Origin: an uncultured Actinomycetota bacterium
Lineage (GTDB): Bacteria; Actinomycetota; Actinomycetes; JAHEKZ01
Direction: 5' to 3'
Assembly: GCA_963718235.1 (NCBI GenBank)
Contig: CAVQYR010000002.1
Coordinates: 416,001 to 480,000 of the forward strand
Length of the DNA stretch: 64,000 nucleotides
Below, piece after piece: positions 55,875 through 64,000 of this stretch. The position numbers and the translations under genes are program-made. A model generated the notes under the pieces. That model saw nothing but the letters and a program-made list of their open reading frames with translations, searched no databases and had not been told where the DNA came from. The stretch's first letter is position 1. Every line of letters begins with the position of its first letter.

Positions 55875-58226
55875 CTACTGGCGGGCCAGATGTGCTCGTA
55901 GCTCGGCTTCGGGGTCGACGATCAGTTCCCCGCTGACGTCCACGACCACTTGCTCGAGGCGGCCGGTGAACTTGAACGGGCTCGGGTACGCCGGGGTCAC
56001 CGGGGACCCCGGGTTGTGGCCGCAGCTGACGCCGCCGGGGTTGAACATGAACGGCGTGGTGTAGGGGGCGTCGGCGCTGGCGACCAGTGAACCGTCGACG
56101 TACAGCTGGAGCCGTCCGGGGGCGCCCCGGCCGTGCGGCAGGTCGGCCTCGCCGGTGGGCTCGAACTCGAAGCGAAGCTCGTGGCGCCCGGCCGGGAGCG
56201 GGTCGGGCGAGGAGACGGTGAACCGCTCCCGCGCAACGTAGTTGTGGACGTAGTGCAGCCGGCCGTCCTTGACATACAGCGAGTAGCCACCGGCGGCCGT
56301 CCCCTGGCAGAACAGGACGCCCTCGGCACCCCCCTCCGGGATGTCCACGGTCGCGCTGATGCTGTGCGGACGGTTGTGCAGGCGCGGGGCAGCGAAGTTG
56401 GGGATCGACTGGGTGCCCGGCCGGTAGGTGTACTGGTTCCGCGGCAACGCGACATGCGGCTTCTCGACTGTCATCCGGGCCAGGCCGCTGCCATCGACTG
56501 GCATGACCTGGTACTTGCCGGCTTCGACGTACCAGGTCCCGATCAGCTCGATGAGCTTCTCGCGGTTCTCGGTGGCGAGGTTGTGGTTCTCCGCCGGGTC
56601 CTCGTCGATGTGGTATAGCTCCCAGCCGGTGGCGTCGAGCTTCGTCAACGTCTCGGCCGAGATGGGGTTGCCGAAGCCGGTGCCTGCCTCGGCGAACGAC
56701 GGGCCCGGCCACGGGCAGACGGCACGCCAGCCGTCCTTGTAAATGGCCCGGTGGCCCAGCATCTCGAAGTACTGGGTGTGGTGCCGGCTGGGCGCCGCCG
56801 GGTCGTCGAGCGCGTGGGCGAAGCTGACGCCCTGGATCGGCGACTGCGTGACGCCGCGGATCGCCGTCGGCGGCTCCACGCCGAGGAGGTCGAGGACTGT
56901 CGGCACCATGTCGATGATGTGGGTGTACTGCGAGCGCACCTCGCCACGCGCCTTGACACCGGCCGGCCAGGACACAATGAACGGGTCGCTGGAGCCGCCG
57001 CGGTAGGTCTCGCGCTTCCAGCGCCGGAACGGCGTGTTGCCGGCGAATGTCCAGCCCCACGGGTAGTGGTTGAAGTGCTCGGGGCCGCCGATCTTGTCGA
57101 TGACGGCCAGGCTCTCCTCGAGCGTCTCCTGGGCGTTGTTGAAGAACTGCGCCTCGTTGGTCGTTCCGCCCGGGCCGCCTTCGGCACTGGCACCGTTATC
57201 GCTGATAACCATGACGATCGTGTTGTCGAGGATGCCCTGCTCGCGCAGGAAAGCGAGCAGCCGGCCAAGGTGGTGGTCGGTATGGCTGAGGAACCCCGCG
57301 AACACCTCCATCATGCGCGCGTAGAGCCTCCGCGCCTCCGGCGACAGGGACTCCCACTCCGGCACGTCCGGGTCGTGGCGGGACAGCTCGGCGTCCGCCG
57401 CCAGGATGCCCAGCTCCTTCTGCCGGGCGAACACCTTCTCCCGGTAGGCATCCCAGCCGTCGTCGAACTGGCCGGCGTACCGGTCGGCCCACTCCTTGGG
57501 CACGTGGTGCGGGGCGTGGGTCGCCCCGAAGCACAGGTGCAGATAGAACGGCTTGGCGGGATCGATCTGGCGCAGGTCGGTGATGAACTCGATCGACTTG
57601 TCGACGAGGTCCTCGGTCAGGTGGTAACCCTCCTCCGGTGTCCGGGGCGGCTCGACCGGGTGGTTGTCATAGACCAGCTCGGGGTACCACTGGCTGGTGT
57701 CGCCGCCCAAGAACCCGTAGAAGCGCTGGAAGCCGCGTCCCAGCGGCCACCGGTCGTACGGGCCGGCGGCGGTCTCATAGACGCTCGGCGTCAGGTGCCA
57801 CTTGCCAACCATGTACGTGCCGTAGCCCTGCTCGACGAGCATCTCCGACAGCATGCCGTTCTCGAACGGCATGATGCCGTTGTAGCCCGGGTAGCCGGTG
57901 GCGAACTCGGTGATGCATGCCATGCCGTTGCTGTGATGGTTGCGCCCCGTCACGATGCACGACCGGCTCGGCGAGCACAGCGCCGTCGTGTGCATGTTCG
58001 AAAACCGTAGCCCGCCCGCCGCAAGCGCATCGAAGTTCGGCGTCTGGATCGGGCTCCCGTAGCACCCCAGTTGGCCGAAACCCGTGTCGTCCAACACCAC
58101 GAACAACACGTTCGGCGCGTCCGCCCGAGCTCGCGTTGGCGCCGGCCACGCCGCAGACGACTCCTCCGCCGTACGACCGATCACACCCGGAAACGGCCGA
58201 CCCGAGTCGTACTCAACGACCGCCAT
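55875..58226 (-). CDS. Arylsulfatase (Cys-type, cytoplasmic)
   Basis: PNVLFVVLDDTG, ALCSPSRS (CxPxR), GKWH, SDNG. No signal peptide. Confidence 0.95.
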   Translation of the reverse strand: MAVVEYDSGRPFPGVIGRTAEESSAAWPAPTRARADAPNVLFVVLDDTGFGQLGCYGSPIQTPNFDALAAGGLRFSNMHTTALCSPSRSCIVTGRNHHSNGMACITEFATGYPGYNGIMPFENGMLSEMLVEQGYGTYMVGKWHLTPSVYETAAGPYDRWPLGRGFQRFYGFLGGDTSQWYPELVYDNHPVEPPRTPEEGYHLTEDLVDKSIEFITDLRQIDPAKPFYLHLCFGATHAPHHVPKEWADRYAGQFDDGWDAYREKVFARQKELGILAADAELSRHDPDVPEWESLSPEARRLYARMMEVFAGFLSHTDHHLGRLLAFLREQGILDNTIVMVISDNGASAEGGPGGTTNEAQFFNNAQETLEESLAVIDKIGGPEHFNHYPWGWTFAGNTPFRRWKRETYRGGSSDPFIVSWPAGVKARGEVRSQYTHIIDMVPTVLDLLGVEPPTAIRGVTQSPIQGVSFAHALDDPAAPSRHHTQYFEMLGHRAIYKDGWRAVCPWPGPSFAEAGTGFGNPISAETLTKLDATGWELYHIDEDPAENHNLATENREKLIELIGTWYVEAGKYQVMPVDGSGLARMTVEKPHVALPRNQYTYRPGTQSIPNFAAPRLHNRPHSISATVDIPEGGAEGVLFCQGTAAGGYSLYVKDGRLHYVHNYVARERFTVSSPDPLPAGRHELRFEFEPTGEADLPHGRGAPGRLQLYVDGSLVASADAPYTTPFMFNPGGVSCGHNPGSPVTPAYPSPFKFTGRLEQVVVDVSGELIVDPEAELRAHLARQ

Positions 58227-58713
58227 CGCAAGCCTCCGCATCCGCTGGTCAACAGGGCGGTCAACCCCGACTCGAACTCGACCACGGACCCAGTCGCACG
58301 GTCAAGGGGCCCAGGTCCCCCCGAGTGCGAAGCCCCGATGGCACGCTGACCGTCAAGACCGCTCTGGCAGTTCCGACCCTGAGGCGGGCGGCTCACGACC
58401 CACGCCGTCGCACACCTGATTACGCCTCTCGTGATGGCAAGTCGATCGCCGGGGCCCGCGACTCCGCGTCGACGGGCTTCGTATGCGGGACGTCCGCCGG
58501 CGTCGGAGGCGCTCTGTCGAAGGCCGCGTCGAGCGAAGAAGTCAGCCGGGAGGCAGGTTCGCCATGTCGGCAGAATGTCGGCAACACATGCGCGGACGTG
58601 GCTGGATGCCAGGCGACGCCGACAGGCGTGGGTGGGGCTGTCACCTGCGACGACGGTCCTTCCACGACCGTCCCCGAGCGTCCAGGGCTGCTCGTTGGCC
58701 CGGGTGCTTCTGC

Positions 58714-58760
58714 GGCTCATAACCCAGAGGTCGCAGGTTCAAATCCTGCCCCCGCTACCA
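58714..58760 (+). repeat. Duplicated 3' part of tRNA-fMet (att core)
   Basis: GGCTCATAACCCAGAGGTCGCAGGTTCAAATCCTGCCCCCGCTACCA; the 5' half of the tRNA is absent. Confidence 0.95.
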
Positions 58761-58978
58761 CGTTTACGCAGGTCAGGGCCATGATCAGTGATCATGGCCC
58801 TGTATCAGTGTTGGCAGAATGTCGGCAAGCCTGCCGACACGGGGACCGCGCCGACACCGGGTTGACGCCGGTCCGCTCGACGCTGATGGACGTGCGGGGA
58901 CGCTCGTGGACGTCCTGTTTGCTCCGGCGGGCTGCAAGGCCGTTTGACCTCTGGGTCGCTACCCCACGGATCTCCGAA
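58761..58978 (+). repeat. Diverged copy of the post-tRNA module at 55572-55791
   Basis: Colinear blocks: GCAGGTCAGGGCCATGATCA, AATGTCGGCAA.CCTGCCGACACGGG, GCTCGACGCTG, CTCGTGGACG, TTGACCTCTGGGTCG. Confidence 0.88.
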
Positions 58979-59300
58979 CCACCCCTGACCCGTGCGGTCC
59001 CTGCGTCATGTCGGTACGTCACGCGCGCCACCATGCTCAGTAGGGCGACGCGGCCACTGCGGAACAACCGAGAGATAAGGTGAACGTGGTGCGCCGGGAA
59101 GTCTGGTCGGCAGTCATGTCGTCGACCCCTAGGGGCCCTGTGTTGACTCGTTCCGCTTTGACTGGCTCGCGACGAGAAGCGCGACGCCGGGCACGCCGCC
59201 TCTCGAACCTCGCGGTTCGTGTCCGTACCCGGTCGTTTGAGGACGCGACTCGGACGGGTCGCACCTCCTGCACCGGCACGAGCGCGACACAGGTCACCTG

Positions 59301-62011
59301 ATGGCCACCCACGTGGGCGCCAGAGCAACCGCTCATCATGTCCTGGCTGGGCATGAGGTCGTGCTGCTGTTGGAGACTGATCCGCATCGAGGGTTGACGT
59401 CGGCAGAGGCAGCCGAGCGGCTAGACCGCTTCGGGCCGAACGTGCTGCCGCGCACGGGGACGGCTGGGCCGTTGCGGCGGTTCCTTCGCCAGTTCCAGCA
59501 CCCGCTGATCTACGTCCTGATCGCTGCGGGCGCGATCACCTTGGCGTTGGGCGAGGTGGTGGACTCCGTCGTCATCTTCGGCGTGGTGTTGATCAACGCG
59601 GTCATCGGCTTCATTCAGGAGTCCAAGGCCGAGGCGGCGCTTGATGCGTTGCGCGCGATGGTGCGGACCCAGGCTCGGGTGGTGCGCGACGGGCGCGCCC
59701 GCACGGTTGCGTCCGACGAGCTGGTGCCCGGCGATCTGGTCAGGGTCGAGGCCGGTGACAAGGTCCCCGCAGACCTGCGGCTACTTGGGCATGCCGAGCT
59801 GCAGGTCGACGAGTCGGCGCTGACCGGGGAGTCGGTCCCGGTGGTCAAGGACGAAGTGGCGCTCCCTCCGGACACCGCGGTCGCCGACCGCCGGAACATG
59901 CTCTACTCGGGCACGTTGGTCACCCACGGCACCGCGGTCGGCGATCGTGGTCGCGACGGGCGCGCAGACCGAGCTGGGTGAGATCCACCGCTTGGTCGGC
60001 GCCGCCGACGTGCTGGCCACTCCTCTGACCCGCAAGCTGACGTGGTTCAGCAAGGTGCTGACTGTGGTCATTCTCGGTCTGGCGGCGGTGACCTTCCTCG
60101 TCGGTATGCTCCGCGGGGAGAAGCCAGCCGAGATGTTCACCGCGGCGGTCGCACTGGCGGTTGGTGCGATCCCTGAGGGATTGCCGGCGGCGGTGACCAT
60201 CACGTTGGCCATCGGTGTCAGCCGGATGGCCCGGCAGCGGGCGGTGATCCGGCGGCTGCCCGCGGTGGAAACCCTCGGCAGCACCACCGTCATCTGCACC
60301 GACAAGACCGGAACGTTGACTGAGAACCAGATGACCGTCCGCCAGGTGTGGACGCCAGGCGGTGGCTTCCAGTTGAGCGGGTCCGGCTACGCCCCGGACG
60401 GTCGGCTGGTCGACGACGCTGGGCTGGTTGGTGACACCTCGGTCGAGGGGGCGCTGCGGTGGAGCCTCCTGGCCGGGGCCCTGTGCAACGATGCGCGGCT
60501 GTCCGAGACAAGAGGGCCTGTGGCAGGTGGTGGGTGACCCCACGGAAGGTGCCTTGTTGGTTGCGGCCGCCAAGTCGGGCCTGGACCTGGACGAGGGGCG
60601 CGGCGCGCTGCCCCGGATCTCGACCGTTCCGTTCAGCTCCGAGCGGCAGTTCATGGCGACCCTGCACCGCGACCGCCGCATCGGGGAGCGCGTGGTGCTG
60701 GCCAAGGGCGCCACGGAGCGCATCGTGGACTTGTGCGGCGCCCAGATGGACGCCGTGGGCTCGCGGCAGCCGCTGGACCGCGACCGCGTCCTGTCTGCGG
60801 CCGAGACGATGGCCGCCGGCGGACTCCGGGTGCTCGCCACCGCCCAAGGGCACCTCGAGGACGCCGACGAGCTCGGCGAGGACCAGCTGCCCGGGGCCCT
60901 CGTCCTCACTGGCCTGCAAGGCATGCTCGACCCGCCCCGCGCGGCCGCCATCGCGGCCGTGGCCGCCTGCCACGCGGCCGGCATCGAGGTGAAGATGATC
61001 ACCGGTGACCACGCTGGCACCGCCAGCGCAATCGCCGAGCAGGTCGGTGTGATCGGCGCTGAACACGAAGGCAAGGTCGTGCTCGGGACGGAGCTCAACC
61101 AGCTCGACGATGCGGCCTACACGGGAACGGTCGAGCGCGCCGCGGTGTTCGCCCGGGTTAGCCCGGAGCAGAAATTGCGCCTGGTCGAAGCGCTGCAAGG
61201 GCTTGGCCACGTGGTCGCGATGACCGGAGACGGCGTCAACGACGCCCCCGCGCTCCGCCAGGCCGACATCGGAATCGCCATGGGCCAAGCCGGGACGGAG
61301 GTGGCGAAGGAAGCAGCCGACATGGTCCTCACCGACGACGACTTCGCCACCATCGAGGGCGCCATCGAAGAGGGCCGCGGAGTCTTCGACAACCTCACCA
61401 AGTTCATCGTCTGGACCCTGCCGACCAACATGGGTGAGGGACTGGTCATCCTGGTCGCGATCCTGCTCGGGACCGCGCTGCCGATCTCACCGGTGCAGAT
61501 CCTGTGGATCAACATGACCACCGCGGTGGCACTCGGCCTGATGCTCGCGTTCGAACCGAAGGAACCAGGCATCATGACCCGACCGCCCCGCGACCCGCGA
61601 CGCCCCCTGCTCACCGGTGCGCTCATCACTCGGATCCTGCTGGTCTCCGCGCTGCTGGTCGGCGGGGCGTGGTGGCTGTTCGAATGGGAGCGCGCCAACG
61701 GCGCCTCGTTGGCCGAGGCGCAGACTGTCGCGGTCAACCTGTTCGTCACGGTTGAGGCGTTCTACCTGTTCAGCTGTCGCTCGCTCACAAGGGCGGTCTG
61801 GCGCATCGGATTCTTCAGCAACCGCTGGCTGCTCGGCGGTGTCGCTCTCCAAGCGATCGGGCAGCTCGCCCTCACATACCTGCCCGCCATGAACGGGCTG
61901 TTCAGCACCGCGCCGATCCCACCCGAGGCGTGGCTGCGGATCCTCGCGGTCGCGCTCGCCGCATCGGTTGTCGTCGCGGTCGACAAGCGGATTCGCCGTG
62001 CGGTTCTGTGA
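59301..62011 (+). pseudogene. Cation-transporting P-type ATPase (CtpF/PacL-like) split by two +1 frameshifts
   Basis: TGES in frame A; PEGL and DKTGT in frame B; GDPTE, KGA, TGD, GDGVND in frame C. Shifts near 59943 and 60508. May be a sequencing error. Confidence 0.85.
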
Positions 62012-62044
62012 CGCTGGGCGCCGGTTTCACGGGAGGATGGGATC

Positions 62045-62362
62045 ATGGACGTGACCGAGACACTTCTACCTGGCGTAGGAGTGCGGTACGAGTTCGACAC
62101 CGCACGGGGTGGCCGAGTGGGTGTCGTCTCTTACCGAGACGGCCGTTTCGAGCTGGTCCGGTACGACGCTGATGACCCGGACTCGTGCGACTCGCTGCTC
62201 ATCTTGGCCTCCGAGGAGGCGGACACGATCGCGGAGATCATGGGAGCCCCGCGGATCACTGAACGGTTCGCCGATCTGACCCGCGAGATTCCCGGGCTGG
62301 CCTCGGCCACGGTGGACATCCCGGACGGTTCCCTGTTCGACGGCGCCCCGCTCGGCGACACC
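62045..62362 (+). pseudogene. Truncated KhtT/TrkA-C-like cation:proton antiporter regulatory subunit
   Basis: MDVTETLLPGVGVRYEF...DDPD...EEADTIAEIMGAP...GAPLGDT. Similarity is lost after ~62362 and no antiporter gene follows. Confidence 0.7.
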
Positions 62363-62554
62363 AGCCCGCGACGAGCAGCATGCGGGTGTCGGACATGGGC
62401 ACAACCCTCTCGGTCGGTGTGCGGCGACGCACGTTCGGCCGCCCAGTTGGGAAGCATTGTTCAGCACCGTGGCGGACTGCGCCAGGCAGGTACGGCGGGT
62501 GATTCATGAGATGCGCAGCCCTCGAAGTCGCCAGAACTGCCCTACGCTCTCGGC

Positions 62555-64000
62555 ATGCGCCGTGCACTTGCCGCCCTGACCTCCGTCGTCGTCGCTTTGT
62601 GCCTCACCAGCGTCGCGACCGCGAGTCCTCCGAGCCGGACGCTTCGCTCCCACCGGAGCTGCGATCCGGTCAGCGCCAAGCCGCAGTACAGCGGCGCGGT
62701 GCCGTCCCCCCAGCAGGTGCTCGGCTACCGACTGGGCACGCGGGAGGCCACCAATCGGGAGATCGGCCGTTACTGGCAGGTCGTTGATCGAGCGAGCGAT
62801 CGGGTGAGGACAGGGGTGTATGCGCACTCCTGGCAGGGCCGCCCCCTGCGGTACGCGCTGGTCGGCACCCCGAGCATCCTGCACAGACTGCCGACGATCC
62901 GCCGCGATCTCCACAGGCTGCGCAATCCTTCGACGTCGGACCGGCAGGCGGAGGCGATCATCCGTCGTACCCCTCCGATCCTGTGGATCGCAGCCAACGC
63001 GCATGGCAACGAGCCGTCCGGCGGGGACGCCGTTGCGAAGCTGCTGTACGACCTTGCCGACCGCTCGGACTGTGTGGCTCAAGCGATCCTCGGCCATGCG
63101 ATCGTCGGCCTGATCCCGGTGCAGAACCCGGACGGGCGGGCGCATGACACGCGCTACAACTCCTACGCGTTCGACATGAACCGCGACGGTCTCGTCGGCA
63201 CCCAGCCGGAGGTCTCAGGCCGGCTCCGGCTGCTGTGGAAGTACCCGCCCCAGTTGTTCGTCGACGAGCACGAGAACAGCAGCAACAGCTACTTCTTCCC
63301 GCCGACCGCGGACCCGATCTACCACGAGACACCGAATGGGCTGTACCGAGAGATCGAAGAGATGTACGGCCCGGCCAACGCCAAGGCGTTCAAGGCCCAC
63401 GGCTGGCGCTACGAGACCTGGAGGTCGGGGTACGACTTCTTTGCCCAGGTGTACGGCGACACCGTCCCGACCACCCAGATGGGCGCGGTGGGGATGACCT
63501 TCGAGCAGGGGGACACCAAGCCCTACCCGACACGCGTGCGACACCACTTCACGTCCGCACTCACCACCTTGTTCACCGGTGCGACCCATCGAGCCAAGGT
63601 CCTGCGCACATGGCGCAACACCTTCGTCCAGGCGAAGGCGCAAGGAATGGACTGCCGCTTGGAGCCGAACCGGATCTACAACCCCGGACATCAGCTGCTG
63701 CGGAAGGTACCGAAGCGCAAGGTCTGCGGCTACTTCCTGCTCGGGAACTCGCGCAAGACCAAGTTGCTCGTCAGTCGGCTGCAGACCGCTCACGTCATCG
63801 TGGACCAGTTGGAGCGGGCGACCGTGGTCCAGGACTTCCGCGCGTACGGGGACGCGCCGCAACCGACGACGCTGCCGGCTGGCACGTACTGGATCAGTCT
63901 CGCCCAAGCGCAGAAGCACTGGGTGCAGGCGACCCTGAACGAGGACACGTATGTACCGTTCCCGTACTTCTACGACGTGAGCGGATGGAGTCTGCCGTTG
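62555..64000 (+). CDS. Secreted M14 family zinc carboxypeptidase (partial; not in ORF track)
   Basis: Signal peptide MRRALAALTSVVVALCLTSVATA; HGNEPSG (from 63002), NPDGR, DMNRD, DEHE. TACGCT lies 6 nt before the ATG. Open to the window end. Confidence 0.9.
   Translation, partial: MRRALAALTSVVVALCLTSVATASPPSRTLRSHRSCDPVSAKPQYSGAVPSPQQVLGYRLGTREATNREIGRYWQVVDRASDRVRTGVYAHSWQGRPLRYALVGTPSILHRLPTIRRDLHRLRNPSTSDRQAEAIIRRTPPILWIAANAHGNEPSGGDAVAKLLYDLADRSDCVAQAILGHAIVGLIPVQNPDGRAHDTRYNSYAFDMNRDGLVGTQPEVSGRLRLLWKYPPQLFVDEHENSSNSYFFPPTADPIYHETPNGLYREIEEMYGPANAKAFKAHGWRYETWRSGYDFFAQVYGDTVPTTQMGAVGMTFEQGDTKPYPTRVRHHFTSALTTLFTGATHRAKVLRTWRNTFVQAKAQGMDCRLEPNRIYNPGHQLLRKVPKRKVCGYFLLGNSRKTKLLVSRLQTAHVIVDQLERATVVQDFRAYGDAPQPTTLPAGTYWISLAQAQKHWVQATLNEDTYVPFPYFYDVSGWSLPL

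Larger units (their letters stand above)
55525..58760. mobile_element. Integrase-less integrative cassette at tRNA-fMet, bounded by 47-bp direct repeats
   Basis: 55525-55571 is identical to 58714-58760. Arm-like motifs lie inside both ends. Single cargo gene. Confidence 0.8.

Noticed and set aside
58227-58560. Integrase or excisionase remnant before the left arm
   Set aside because: No tyrosine-recombinase (R...HxxR...Y) or HTH motif recognisable in the listed frames; a tBLASTx search would be needed to exclude a decayed fragment.
58714-58760. Second tRNA-Met gene
   Set aside because: Lacks the 5' acceptor strand and D-arm; it is an att-type duplication.
59120-59150. DosR/DevR box upstream of the CtpF-like ATPase
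   Set aside because: Only a short CCCCTAGGGG palindrome; poor match to the GGGAC-N4-GNCCC consensus.
59930-60520. Programmed ribosomal frameshifting in the ATPase
   Set aside because: No slippery heptamer at either site; two independent shifts point to decay or sequencing error.

Overview
High-GC actinobacterial chromosomal window. Positions 1-55.4 kb are mostly core genome. They follow the gene order known from the M. tuberculosis Rv3193c-Rv3213c region: orphan ParA, DEAD-box helicase, ferritin-like protein, DUF3107, TetR, MoeZ, ATL/MGMT, AdnA-AdnB, NudC, mycoredoxin, UvrD2, WhiB7 (with promoter, leader ORF and attenuator), ABC1 kinase, DUF2342 and PDZ proteases, UPF0182 and tRNA-fMet. An amine-catabolism cluster sits inside this region (choline/ethanolamine kinase-like, GcvT-family oxidoreductase, FadR regulator, GlnA4-like gamma-glutamyl ligase, ALDH, SDR, PuuD-like hydrolase). 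The most striking signal is at tRNA-fMet (55495-55571). Its 3' 47 bp recur exactly at 58714-58760, and both copies are followed by a homologous ~220-bp non-coding module (palindrome, TGTCGGCA dyads, 10-bp-phased GGACG units). This suggests a tandem array of related integrative units. The first is a 3.19-kb integrase-less cassette carrying only an arylsulfatase. The second carries a frameshifted P-type ATPase and a truncated KhtT-like gene, and its right end is not in the window. No CRISPR array, rRNA, transposase or integrase gene was seen. Several single-base frameshifts may be sequencing errors. All family calls are by motif recognition, not database search.
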